From: Candidatus Paracaedibacteraceae bacterium
GTDB taxonomy: Bacteria > Pseudomonadota > Alphaproteobacteria > Paracaedibacterales > CAIOTO01
Assembly: GCA_030694965.1 (NCBI GenBank)
Contig: JAUYTZ010000018.1
Coordinates: 303,757 to 367,756, forward strand
Reading direction: 5' to 3'
DNA length: 64,000 nucleotides
Shown here: piece by piece, positions 17,105-27,222 of the stretch
How positions within the stretch are numbered: position 1 is the stretch's first letter
How the letters are laid out: each line of letters begins with the position of its first letter
Translations under genes and position numbers: made by a program
Notes under the pieces: generated by a model
Told to the model about the DNA's origin: nothing
Database searches by the model: none
The model's input: the letters and a program-made list of their open reading frames with translations, nothing else

Positions 17105-18721
17105 ATGTTAAAAATCAATTTTTGTTTTCTCATCAAATTCACAGCAGTAAATAATGGTTTATTGTACATAATCTGTTTTATTTTATCTGTCGCAACAGAA
17201 TGTAAGGAATCAAAAGAAAGCTATTTTGATGCCAGGCCACTGCATGAAAGAGCCCTATACACTCAAAATCCAGATGATTTTGTGCATACTAATGACTTAG
17301 AAAACAAGCAAGAATTAGAGATGCTTTTGGTTAAGGAAACATCATTAGCTTTAAATGTGCAAAATATTGAAGAAAGTTCCTTGGTTTCCTATATAAAAAA
17401 TTATGTAATAGAAGATCATTCAGTTGAAGAGAGTTTATGGACCTACAAAATTCGAACAGTAGTTAAAACTCTTGCTATTTTATATGGTGCTACAGGAGGG
17501 ATACCCTATATAAATGCATGTTGTAAAGCAGGTCATGGAATTTTATTTTTATGTGTATCTTTTTCAGTTGGAAATATTATTTCTTCTGGTGGAGCGACAA
17601 TATGGGCAGCTTTACGTACTGTAGAAGCGTTTGATCCGGTTTCAAAAGAAGAAAATTTTTTTAGGTATTACCAAAATTCTTATTATAATGCTTTTAATCA
17701 TTTAATTTGTAATGCCTTAGGACTAATATCGTGTGTGCCTGGTACTTATTCTGTATACAAATATAATACAGAAAAGTTGCTTGTGATTCCTGGATTTTTA
17801 AATAATTATTTTTTTTCAACAGTAGGGTATTATGAATTTACAAATTCCTCTTCTTTAATGCAGCAGACTTTATCTAAATTATATAAAAAAAATTTAATAG
17901 ATAAAAAAGCAGATAAAATTAAAAGAGAAATAGTTAAACAAGTTAATACTAATGTTATCCCATTAATAGCAATAAATAGCGATGTCAGTAATGATCTTTT
18001 TATGAGTAACTCAATAAATGCGAGCAATTCTTCTGTTGTTGAGGAGTTTGTAAAAAAAGTACTTTTGATGAAGCTGCCTAGAAATACTAGAGAATCTTCG
18101 GAGTTTTGGAAGAATAGATACCCTAAAAAAATTGTTCAATTAGCAAGCATGCTATTTCCTTTGTCGGGAGCCGTAATTAATTATTTATTAAATTATGAAG
18201 TAGCTAATTTGCTAACAACGTCTTCTGTGTTTTGTACGGGTTTTGCTTTTTGTGCAACATTGCCAAATTTTATGATAGACGTATTAACGACGAGCATTAC
18301 TGTGCATAATTTGTTTAATATTATTCATGATAATGTGAATGAAAATAATACAGATAACTTTTTCTCTTTTCATTTTCCAATTTTAAACTTAGTTGTCCCT
18401 GTGATCTCTGTAGTTCTTGCATCTCTTTCGCTTGCAGGTGGTTGGATTGTCAGTACTGATTGCCTTACAAAAACGGAATTAACTTACTTAATTTATATTT
18501 TGCCTATAATGACATTTATGTCTGGTGTTATATCTCAATCTTTTCAAATGAGAGATGTGATTTATAATTCAATAATATATTATTATTCTACTTTTAATAA
18601 AGAAAAAATTGGAGAATCAGCAAGCAGAATACGCAGGTTAGAAAAATTCACATCTGCAGTTTCTAATTGCAATCCTTTAATACTTTGCGATTTTTGGGAT
18701 AATTTAAATAAAAAAAATTAA
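17105..18721 (+). CDS. hypothetical polytopic membrane protein (orphan)
   Basis: 538-aa ORF with many long hydrophobic segments separated by a Lys/Asn-rich soluble loop. No motif I recognise. Very AT-rich. Confidence 0.5.
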   Translation: MLKINFCFLIKFTAVNNGLLYIICFILSVATECKESKESYFDARPLHERALYTQNPDDFVHTNDLENKQELEMLLVKETSLALNVQNIEESSLVSYIKNYVIEDHSVEESLWTYKIRTVVKTLAILYGATGGIPYINACCKAGHGILFLCVSFSVGNIISSGGATIWAALRTVEAFDPVSKEENFFRYYQNSYYNAFNHLICNALGLISCVPGTYSVYKYNTEKLLVIPGFLNNYFFSTVGYYEFTNSSSLMQQTLSKLYKKNLIDKKADKIKREIVKQVNTNVIPLIAINSDVSNDLFMSNSINASNSSVVEEFVKKVLLMKLPRNTRESSEFWKNRYPKKIVQLASMLFPLSGAVINYLLNYEVANLLTTSSVFCTGFAFCATLPNFMIDVLTTSITVHNLFNIIHDNVNENNTDNFFSFHFPILNLVVPVISVVLASLSLAGGWIVSTDCLTKTELTYLIYILPIMTFMSGVISQSFQMRDVIYNSIIYYYSTFNKEKIGESASRIRRLEKFTSAVSNCNPLILCDFWDNLNKKN

Positions 18722-19028
18722 TCATATTTCTTGGTTCTGTAAATTAGCTTTTTAAAAATTGTGATGAAAATTTTTAGACACATCAATAATGTTCTTAATA
18801 TGTAAGCGAACAAGCATTTCTTTTTCTAATTGTTGTGCATTAACAGCAGTGATAAAAATCAGTTATCTCTAAATGTACATGAAGCAGCAAATTGTAAAAA
18901 AGGACCTTATTGTTCTTTTCTTTTACTTTTATTTATCGGAAGACATTTTATAAGAGACTAATCATATTTGTATGATTTTTTGATAAAAACTTAATTGCAA
19001 AATAAATGCATCATTAAAAGGAAACAAG

Positions 19029-21431
19029 ATGAAAATAATTTTTACTTTCTTTTTTTTATTATTGAGCATAGAAAATGCATGTTTTTGCAAAGATCAAAAA
19101 GCTGATAACGTTAATGTTAAAATTGATTCCGTTCACATGGGGTTGATGGAAAATGATATCGCTCCATCAGATTTTTCTTTAAAAATAAAGTTTACCAACC
19201 ATGGCCCTAGCATTTCTAATTGGCATTTTGGATTTTATATAGCAGGTGCTCCTCTTTCAAAGTTTAAAAATGGACTTCAAGACTTTAATCCTAGAATTAT
19301 TAGGCGAATTTGTGACAGTCACAATCGTTGTTCCTCATTAAAATATGAGAAAGCTTGTTCTCTAACTAATGCAGATTTGAGCCAAGGATACACAGCAATC
19401 CATGCGTCCGAAAATGATTTAGTGCTGTTAAGCAAAGAAACTTACACAATTGAGCTGTTACACATTAATCAATGGGGAGGAGAGAGTATTTCTTATTTCC
19501 CACAAAATTTTTTCCTTTTATTAAATAATATTAATAATAAATCAAAAATAGAATTTGATGTATATTCGTTAGATACAAATTTAAATAGTTACAAGTTAAT
19601 TGGATATGATCAAAATAAAGTTGACTCTATAATTTCAACGCAGATTGCAAAAAATTGGGGTAAGAGTAAAGAAAAAAATAAAGATGAGGCTTCCATTGAA
19701 GTTATTCCGAGTCCAGTTAAATTTAACTTAAAAAAAGAAAAGTGTAGATTTTCAGAGAAAAATATAACTGTTTTTAACCAATTTAATAAAAATGATAAAA
19801 TTGCAAAACATATAATCAAACGCCTCAAAAACAAAACTATGCTTCAAACAAAAAACCAAAAAAATCTATTATCTTCTACTCCTATTATAATTAAGCAACT
19901 AAAAAGTCCAAAAATTATAAAAAATAATCCTGAAGGGTATGTCTTAGAAATTGACACATCTAAGATTATTATAAGTGCTATCACGGAGGCGGGGGTGTAC
20001 TATGCTCTGCAAACATTTACGCAACTTTGGACTTTTGCTAAAAAAGATTTTGGTGTCACGGTGATGCCGCAAATGAAAATTATAGATTATCCTAGATTTC
20101 CATATCGCGGAATCTTATTAGACACTGCTCGGCACTTTTTTAGTGTTAAAGAAATTAAATCCTTTATTGACATAATGGGTGCTCATAAGCTTAATGCACT
20201 TCATTTGCACCTTTCTGATGATGAAGGGTTTAGAGTAGGCCTGCCTTCCTATCCTTCAATTGAAGCTACAGGTAATAGACGTAAGTTTGGTTTAGTTATG
20301 GGACCTATGATGTTGTCACAAGAAAACCTTTATCCAACATACAAAGGACATGACTTTGTACGAGCAAATACAGATTATCGTGGGACATATAGTGCAGATG
20401 ATATTTCAGAAATAGTTCGTTATGCAAATTTGAATCAAATAACTGTGATTCCAGAAATAGATTTTCCCGCACATGCTAGAGCCTTAATTAAGTCTTTGCC
20501 ATCTATTTTTGTAGATCCTGCTGATGTTTCTGAATATTTGTCTCTTCAAGGTTATTGGGATGATGTATTACCTGTTTGCACATACAATACTAATATTTCA
20601 GTTGGTGAAAAATTCACAAATACAGTAAATAATATTATTAATTATATTGTTAAAATATTTGATAATCAAACAACGGTTTATGCAAATCGTAATGAAATTA
20701 GTCTTGGGGGCGACGAAGTGAGCCCAAATGCATGGACTAATTCTCCAAGTTGTAAAAATAACTGGTCTAGCTTAACAGCTTTGCAGAAATCTCATAAATT
20801 TTTTGCAGAGATAGCAAAAACAAATCCTCAACTTATGCTTTCTGGGTGGCAGCAGTTTGTGCAAACTGACTCAATCGATATGGGAAAGGATATCGTCCCT
20901 GCTAAACAAGTAGGTCATGTGTGGGTATGGAGTCAATCGAAAATTGGGATACCTGAAGCTATTAGGCTTATTGAGAATGGATTCCCAACAGTTTTAGCAT
21001 TTTCGGATAAAACTTACTTTGATCTTGTGTACAGCCCAGATGTAAAAGAATCAGGTTTTGCGTGGGCAACAAGCTGGAGCGATACCTATACAGCGTTTTC
21101 AATCATTGAGGCTGCAAACCATATATTAGACAATTCAAAGTCATTTAATAAGCTTTTAGGTTTAGAAGGTGCACTTTGGTCAGAGCACATTCCAAGCTAT
21201 GATCAATTAATATATATGGCTCTTCCTAAAATGGCTGGGCTTTCTGAAGCAAGCTGGTCCCCTCGTGAATTTACAGTTCAGAAACAAAGGCTGAATTGGC
21301 AAAGTCTTGCTAGGCGTTTAGGGTGCGGCAAACAAGGCTTCCTTGCGTACTTAAATCAATCTTTTGGTGTTCAATATCGCGGATATCCTCGTGGCATTCA
21401 TTTGGAAGTTCCTAAGTGCATTTGTCATTAA
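19029..21431 (+). CDS. secreted beta-N-acetylhexosaminidase (GH20, chitobiase-like)
   Basis: Signal peptide MKIIFTFFFLLLSIENA. GH20 catalytic-domain blocks RGILLDTARHF, HLHLSDDEGFR and the catalytic pair in ISLGGDEV. The long N-terminal extension is consistent with accessory domains. Confidence 0.85.
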   Translation: MKIIFTFFFLLLSIENACFCKDQKADNVNVKIDSVHMGLMENDIAPSDFSLKIKFTNHGPSISNWHFGFYIAGAPLSKFKNGLQDFNPRIIRRICDSHNRCSSLKYEKACSLTNADLSQGYTAIHASENDLVLLSKETYTIELLHINQWGGESISYFPQNFFLLLNNINNKSKIEFDVYSLDTNLNSYKLIGYDQNKVDSIISTQIAKNWGKSKEKNKDEASIEVIPSPVKFNLKKEKCRFSEKNITVFNQFNKNDKIAKHIIKRLKNKTMLQTKNQKNLLSSTPIIIKQLKSPKIIKNNPEGYVLEIDTSKIIISAITEAGVYYALQTFTQLWTFAKKDFGVTVMPQMKIIDYPRFPYRGILLDTARHFFSVKEIKSFIDIMGAHKLNALHLHLSDDEGFRVGLPSYPSIEATGNRRKFGLVMGPMMLSQENLYPTYKGHDFVRANTDYRGTYSADDISEIVRYANLNQITVIPEIDFPAHARALIKSLPSIFVDPADVSEYLSLQGYWDDVLPVCTYNTNISVGEKFTNTVNNIINYIVKIFDNQTTVYANRNEISLGGDEVSPNAWTNSPSCKNNWSSLTALQKSHKFFAEIAKTNPQLMLSGWQQFVQTDSIDMGKDIVPAKQVGHVWVWSQSKIGIPEAIRLIENGFPTVLAFSDKTYFDLVYSPDVKESGFAWATSWSDTYTAFSIIEAANHILDNSKSFNKLLGLEGALWSEHIPSYDQLIYMALPKMAGLSEASWSPREFTVQKQRLNWQSLARRLGCGKQGFLAYLNQSFGVQYRGYPRGIHLEVPKCICH

Positions 21432-21541
21432 TTAAATTTTTTACAAAAAGGTGAAAAGTGATATTAAAATTAATTTGGCGTATTATTAAAATAATATAAT
21501 TATTTTTTTATGTAAATATAAATAATTTTAAATATAAGAAT

Positions 21542-22375
21542 GTGAGGGTTATTTTGTTTGATTTAATAGGAAAGACAGCTTTTATAACAGGAGCCTCTAA
21601 AGGCATAGGGGAAAGGTGCGCTTACGCACTATCTAGCGCAGGGGCAAAAGTAATCATTGCTGCAAGACAGTTAGATTCATTGAAGTCAGTCGCTGACAAT
21701 ATTATAAGAAACGGTTATAAAGCTTTACCTATTCAATTAGATGTGACTGATAAGCACGCTGTGAATAAATGTTTTGACCAATTAGCTCAAAATGGAGAAG
21801 TTATAGACATACTTATCAACAATGCGGGTATTAGTATGATGACCCCAGTTTTTGAAAGTAAAAGAAACCAGCAGAATGATACTAAAGATTATTTCCAAGA
21901 TATGCTGCAAACTAATGTGATGGGAGTATGGTATGTAACAAAAGCCGTAGCCAACCACATGAAGGAGAAATGTATTTCTGGGTCAATTATTAATATTGCA
22001 AGTGTGTGTGGATCCAATAGGTTAAGAGCAAATTTGACAGGGTATTGTGCTTCTAAAGCAGCTGTAATTCAAATGACAAAAGCTTTGGTAGGCGAATTAG
22101 CTACAGCGAATATTCGTATAAACTGCATTTCTCCAGGTCTCTTTCACACTCCACTTAATGATGATAGAATAGGAATAGATGAAACCCGCAAACAAATTGA
22201 AAAAACGATACCTCTTCATTTTATTGCTGATCCTTGTGAAATTGATGGGGCAATTCTTTATCTTTCTTCAAACAAGGCTTCACGTTATGTAACTGGATCA
22301 TGTTTGACTGTTGATGGTGGCGCTTCATGGGGTGGGGTTTATGATTATTATGTGTTTAAAGATGTTGTGTACTAA
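21542..22375 (+). CDS. short-chain dehydrogenase/reductase (SDR)
   Basis: TGASKGIG cofactor motif, NNAG, catalytic YCASKAA. GTG start. Confidence 0.85.
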   Translation: MRVILFDLIGKTAFITGASKGIGERCAYALSSAGAKVIIAARQLDSLKSVADNIIRNGYKALPIQLDVTDKHAVNKCFDQLAQNGEVIDILINNAGISMMTPVFESKRNQQNDTKDYFQDMLQTNVMGVWYVTKAVANHMKEKCISGSIINIASVCGSNRLRANLTGYCASKAAVIQMTKALVGELATANIRINCISPGLFHTPLNDDRIGIDETRKQIEKTIPLHFIADPCEIDGAILYLSSNKASRYVTGSCLTVDGGASWGGVYDYYVFKDVVY

Positions 22376-22582
22376 TGCTTGAGTTGTGCATGATTGAAAT
22401 TATAAAAATGATTTTTTTTGAGGGGGGGTGAATTTTATTCACAAGAAAAGTGCCTCGATACAGGAGATGCTTACTCGTTATATCTTTTCTGTAAGGTGCC
22501 CGAAGTCTTTAAAAATATTGGTTTCTGCCCGTATTCCTGCTATAAGTCGATCTATCCATTTAAAAAACGCTTAATAAAATCT

Positions 22583-23761
22583 ATGTTTAAATTTACTTAT
22601 AATGAAACAACAACGGATCGTGCGCGGCTTGGTCGTATTGAAACACCGCATGGCATTGTTGAAACACCTGCTTTTATTTTTTGCGCGACGAAAGCTGCGA
22701 TGAAAAGTGTAACATCTGAACAAATGCGTGAAGCAAATACACAAATCATTTTGTCAAATACGTATCATCTTATGCTGCAGCCAGGTGCTGATGCTGTTGC
22801 ATACCATGGCGGTCTTCAAAAGTTTACAGGCTGGCGTGGTCCAATGTTGACTGACTCTGGTGGGTTCCAAATTTTTAGTTTGGGGCATGGATCGATAGCA
22901 AATGAAATTAAAGGTCGTCAGCAGAGCGGTCGTCCCAAAACATTGCTTCGCATTACAGAGGAAGGCGCGCGCTTTAAATCGTATATTGATGGTCGCACAT
23001 GGATGCTTACACCTGAAGAATCTATTAATATTCAGTATAAGCTTGGCGCAGATATGATTGTTGTCTTGGATGAATGTACACCTTTTCATGTGGAAAAAAG
23101 CTACACCAAAGATTCCATGGAAATGAGTCACCGTTGGGCAAAACGATGTATTACAAAGTTTGATGAATTGAATGAAAGTAAAAAACAACGTCTTTATGGT
23201 ATTATTCAAGGCGGGGTTTATGAAGATTTGCGGGCAGAGGCATGTGATTTTGTTAATACACATGATTTTTTCGGTCATGCAATTGGTGGTTCGCTTGGAG
23301 CATCAAAAGAGCAAATGTATGATGTCGTAAATTTTACAGCCTCTAAGCTTGATCGTGCGCGTCCTATACATTTGCTTGGCATTGGTGGTATTAAGGATAT
23401 CTTTAATGGGGTGCGTGCTGGTATTGATACCTTTGACTGTGTGCATCCTACACGTCTTGCGCGTCATGGTGGAGCACTTGTGAAACCAGGTTCAGTGGAA
23501 GGTCATCACAAGGAGCATGTTACGTTATCTAATCAACGCTTTAGACTAGATAACGAACCAATTGAACCGGATTGTGGCTGCTCAACGTGTAAAAATTATT
23601 CTCGTGGTTATTTACATCATGTTTTAAGAGCAAATGAAATGATTGCTCATACATTGATATCAATACATAATATATATTTTATGAATAAGTTGTTGTCTGA
23701 TATTCGTGAGTCATTAGCAGATGGAACACTTGATAAAACCCAAGAGCGTTGGGTTCATTAA
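22583..23761 (+). CDS. tgt: tRNA-guanine transglycosylase (queuine tRNA-ribosyltransferase)
   Basis: RLGRIETPHGIVETPAFIF, TDSGGFQ, VLDEC, zinc motif CGCSTCKNY...H. The ATG at 22583 (MFKFTY...) is preferred over the long upstream extension. Confidence 0.9.
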   Translation: MFKFTYNETTTDRARLGRIETPHGIVETPAFIFCATKAAMKSVTSEQMREANTQIILSNTYHLMLQPGADAVAYHGGLQKFTGWRGPMLTDSGGFQIFSLGHGSIANEIKGRQQSGRPKTLLRITEEGARFKSYIDGRTWMLTPEESINIQYKLGADMIVVLDECTPFHVEKSYTKDSMEMSHRWAKRCITKFDELNESKKQRLYGIIQGGVYEDLRAEACDFVNTHDFFGHAIGGSLGASKEQMYDVVNFTASKLDRARPIHLLGIGGIKDIFNGVRAGIDTFDCVHPTRLARHGGALVKPGSVEGHHKEHVTLSNQRFRLDNEPIEPDCGCSTCKNYSRGYLHHVLRANEMIAHTLISIHNIYFMNKLLSDIRESLADGTLDKTQERWVH

Positions 23762-23847
23762 TATAAAATAGAATGCATAATGATCTATACAAAAAACGAC
23801 AAATCACATACTCTTGTTCTTAACGAAAATAGGAATAATAATTTTTT

Positions 23848-24933
23848 ATGATCAAGCGAATTGGTGTTCTAACAAGTGGTGGCGATTGCGCCGGTTTAAA
23901 TGCAATTTTGCGTGCAATTACGTATTATGCCCATCAAGCACATGGTTGGGAAGTTATTGGTATTAAAAATGGCACAACAGGCCTGATTAAAAGACCAATT
24001 GAGACAGTTACGCTTACCCCATCTTCTTTTGATAATTCTCTGCTGCGCAGTGGTGGAACGATGCTAGGTAGCACTAATAAGGCTGATCCTTTTAATTTTC
24101 CAAATCCTGATGGTACACGCACAGATCGTTCAGATGATCTTATTGAAGCATATCATTCTCTTGCGCTTGATGCTCTTATTGCTATTGGCGGCGATGGAAG
24201 CATGCGCATCATGCGTGACCTTGCTCAGAAAGGAAATTTGAACCTTATTACAATCCCTAAAACTATTGATAACGATCTGGGGCATACTGAAATTTCTATT
24301 GGTTATAGTACGGCTCTTGAAATTGCAACAGAAGCGCTTGATCGCTTACAACCAACAGCAGAAAGCCATCAACGCGTAATTGTGTTGGAAGTAATGGGGC
24401 GTGATGCAGGGCATATTGCTCTTGCAGCAGGCATTGCTGGCGGTGCTGATGCTATTATCATACCTGAAATTCCATATTCCCTCGATAATATGTGTAAAAA
24501 AATTAAGGAGTTATGGGATAACGGCCACACGTTTGCTTTGATTATTGTTGCTGAAGGTGCACATAAAGAAAATGGAGCATTAGCAACTATTGAAATTGAA
24601 GCGGGTAATCGCCCTCGATACGGCGGTATTGGTCAGTATATAAGCGAAAAAATTGAGGCTATGACGGGTGCTGAAACGCGTGTGACAGTACTTGGGCACG
24701 TGCAGCGCGGTGGGCAGCCAAATGCACTCGATCGCCTTGTTGCCTCATCATTTGGAGTGCGTGCTGTTGACCTTGTTTTCGAAGGAAAATTTGATCGTAT
24801 GGTTGCATGGCAAAATAGAAATGTTGTAGATGTTCCTATACATGATGCTATAGAGCAATACCAGTCTGTATCTTTAGATGATGTGCTTGTTAAAACAGCG
24901 AAAGGTCTTGGTATTTATATTGGTGACGTTTAG
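23848..24933 (+). CDS. pfkA: 6-phosphofructokinase (ATP-type GGDG motif)
   Basis: GVLTSGGDCAGLNA, IGGDGS, PKTIDND, MGRDAGH. Confidence 0.9.
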   Translation: MIKRIGVLTSGGDCAGLNAILRAITYYAHQAHGWEVIGIKNGTTGLIKRPIETVTLTPSSFDNSLLRSGGTMLGSTNKADPFNFPNPDGTRTDRSDDLIEAYHSLALDALIAIGGDGSMRIMRDLAQKGNLNLITIPKTIDNDLGHTEISIGYSTALEIATEALDRLQPTAESHQRVIVLEVMGRDAGHIALAAGIAGGADAIIIPEIPYSLDNMCKKIKELWDNGHTFALIIVAEGAHKENGALATIEIEAGNRPRYGGIGQYISEKIEAMTGAETRVTVLGHVQRGGQPNALDRLVASSFGVRAVDLVFEGKFDRMVAWQNRNVVDVPIHDAIEQYQSVSLDDVLVKTAKGLGIYIGDV

Positions 24934-24974
24934 TTTTTTACGTCACCAATACATAAAGAACATTTTAAAGAATA

Positions 24975-25730
24975 TTATTTTTTTAAAATATATTCTTTAA
25001 ATGCCTTAATAGAGTCTTCTGATTTTTCATTATTAACATTAACAAGCACAAGCTTGCCATGGCCTTTGCCAAATGCATTTTTAAAGTCATAAACAGCACC
25101 AATAATTTTTACTTCTCCAGACTTTACTTTGTCTTTAAATTTAACCATTGCTTTTGCTACTTGATTGTGAACATTTTGTATGACATTTGCGTGTAGCTCA
25201 TCATCAGAGACCTGTTTTTTCTTTACAAGTTGTAAATGATGAAGTTCTGATTTAATTGGTTCAGAAAGTGTTGAAAAGTCAGACGATGCTGCTTTTACTG
25301 CGCCACAGGCTGTATGACCTATAAACATTAAGAGTGGTGTTTTTAAATGTTCAACGCCATACTCAATAGAACCTTCTGCTGTTGCTAATTGATTTCCAAT
25401 ATTTCGAACAAAGAATATATCATTATCAGGTGTTTGATCTATTGAATGTGTATGAAAACGTGAGTCTGCACATGCAACCACTGTTGCTCTAGGTGTTTCT
25501 TTGTTCTTAAATACATCAAAATATGATTCTTGGTGTGATGACACAAATTTTTGATTGTCATGAAGCATTTCCTTAACCATTTCTTTTAATTGTTCTTGTG
25601 GTTGCGTGTCACTGCTGTGTGCTGGTTTTTGTGGCGTAGGAGTTGCATTGTTTGTTTTATCTAAGCTTGAACAACCTATTGCAATCAACGAAATAGGTAC
25701 TAATAATATTACTTTCTTTATGAAATACAT
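24975..25730 (-). CDS. beta-class carbonic anhydrase, probable lipoprotein
   Basis: Zinc ligands in CADSR and HTACGAV. N-terminal signal with lipobox-like AIGC. ATG at 25730 preferred. Confidence 0.8.
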   Translation of the reverse strand: MYFIKKVILLVPISLIAIGCSSLDKTNNATPTPQKPAHSSDTQPQEQLKEMVKEMLHDNQKFVSSHQESYFDVFKNKETPRATVVACADSRFHTHSIDQTPDNDIFFVRNIGNQLATAEGSIEYGVEHLKTPLLMFIGHTACGAVKAASSDFSTLSEPIKSELHHLQLVKKKQVSDDELHANVIQNVHNQVAKAMVKFKDKVKSGEVKIIGAVYDFKNAFGKGHGKLVLVNVNNEKSEDSIKAFKEYILKK

Positions 25731-25877
25731 TTTAAATACCAAAAATAATTTATTAATTAATTATTGAAATATAGTTCTTATTTGTAAATAACTAGTTAAT
25801 TTTGATGTAATTTATTATTTTTTTTAGAAGTGATAATAAAAATTGAAAAGTGTATTAATTGTTCTTATCTGGGATAT

Positions 25878-25915
25878 GAAAAAAGGGATGCTCAATTGAA
25901 TGGTCATCCCTTTAT
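25878..25915 (-). terminator. rho-independent terminator after dnaJ
   Basis: The minus strand reads aagggatg-N14-catccctt followed by tttttt. Confidence 0.6.
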
Positions 25916-25967
25916 TAGTTAGCTTTTATGAATCAAAATGTTGAGGGTTTATTCTTAATTACGTTTG

Positions 25968-27134
25968 TTATTTTCCTTTTGCGATATCATCCCAAAAATC
26001 TTTAACTTTTGTAAAAAAACTATGAGCTTGCGGTGTATTTTTCTCGCGTGTTGAGTCCGTGTTAAACTGTTCTAAAAGCTCTTTTTGTTTTTTGCTTAGA
26101 TTAACGGGAACTTCAATGGCTATTTCCACAATCATGTCACCACGCGCACTTCCGCGAATTGACGGCATGCCTTTGCTGCGAACACGTAATTGATGGCCAT
26201 GTTGTGTGCCTGCTGAAATTTTAACAGGAACGTGGCTGCCATCAATAGATGGAACATCAATTTCACCGCCCAAAGCTGCTATTGTCATTGAAATGGGAAC
26301 CCGGCAGAAAATGTCGTTGCCGTTGCGTTTGAAGAAGCGGTGTGCTTTTATGCTAATAAAAACATAAAGATCGCCGGTAGCGCCGCCGCGAATGCCTGCT
26401 TCACCTTCATTTGATACGCGAATACGTGTGCCATCATCAACACCTGCTGGGATTTTAACTTCAAGGTTTTTTTCTTTTTTAGAGCGACCTTGTCCGCCAC
26501 AACTTTTGCATGGATTTGAAATGATTTGACCTGCACCATTACATGTTGAGCATGTGCGTTCAACGATAAATAGACCTTGTTGAAAACGAACCTGCCCGCG
26601 TCCTTTGCAGGTGCCGCAGGTTGTTGCCTTTGATCCGTCTGAACTTCCGCTGCCGTTACATGGTGTGCATGCGCTGTATGTATAAAATTTTAAGTGTGCA
26701 GTTGATCCTTTGAAGGCATCTTCTAAAGATAAATCAAGGTTATAACGAACATCATTGCCTTTTTGTTGCATACCTTGGCTGCCACCTTGGGCCTCACCAA
26801 AGCCGCCGCCTGCGCCACGGAACATCGCATCAAATATGTCTGAAAATGAACCAAATCCACCCGCACCGCCATCTTGAAATCCACTAAATCCGCCTTGTCC
26901 TGGGCCGCCTTGTTGAAAGGCTGCGTGTCCGAATCGATCGTAGGCTGCACGTTTTTGATCGTCTTTTAAAACTTCGTACGCTTCATTTGCTGCCTTAAAT
27001 TTATTTTCAGCTTCCTTATTTCCTGGATTTTTATCAGGGTGATATTTCATAGCCTTTTTGCGATACGCTTTTTTTAAGTCGTCCGCTGTTGCACTTTTTT
27101 GAACGCCAAGAATGTCGTAGTAATCTTTTGACAT
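25968..27134 (-). CDS. dnaJ: molecular chaperone DnaJ
   Basis: J domain with HPD (KYHPDKN), Gly-rich linker, four CxxCxGxG zinc-finger repeats. Confidence 0.97.
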   Translation of the reverse strand: MSKDYYDILGVQKSATADDLKKAYRKKAMKYHPDKNPGNKEAENKFKAANEAYEVLKDDQKRAAYDRFGHAAFQQGGPGQGGFSGFQDGGAGGFGSFSDIFDAMFRGAGGGFGEAQGGSQGMQQKGNDVRYNLDLSLEDAFKGSTAHLKFYTYSACTPCNGSGSSDGSKATTCGTCKGRGQVRFQQGLFIVERTCSTCNGAGQIISNPCKSCGGQGRSKKEKNLEVKIPAGVDDGTRIRVSNEGEAGIRGGATGDLYVFISIKAHRFFKRNGNDIFCRVPISMTIAALGGEIDVPSIDGSHVPVKISAGTQHGHQLRVRSKGMPSIRGSARGDMIVEIAIEVPVNLSKKQKELLEQFNTDSTREKNTPQAHSFFTKVKDFWDDIAKGK

Positions 27135-27173
27135 ATGTTTTTATACCTTAATTTAAGTTAGATCATAAATAGA

Positions 27174-27196
27174 TTAAGGGGGATACACCCCCTTAA
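27174..27196 (-). other. GC-rich palindromic hairpin in the dnaK-dnaJ intercistronic spacer
   Basis: ttaaggggg-ataca-cccccttaa, a 9-bp perfect stem. Confidence 0.5.
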
Positions 27197-27222
27197 CAAA
27201 TTTATTTAACTAACAATCAAAC

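Noticed and set aside
22418-22582. 55-codon N-terminal extension of tgt (start at 22418)
   Set aside because: Homology to Tgt begins right after the Met at 22583 (MFKFTY...RLGRIETPHG). The extension is Cys/Tyr/Phe-rich with no counterpart that I know.
24919-24950. 10-bp inverted repeat (attggtgacg / cgtcaccaat) spanning the pfk stop codon
   Set aside because: It may terminate pfk or the convergent carbonic anhydrase gene, but the T-run lies in the loop rather than after the stem, so it was not annotated as a terminator.
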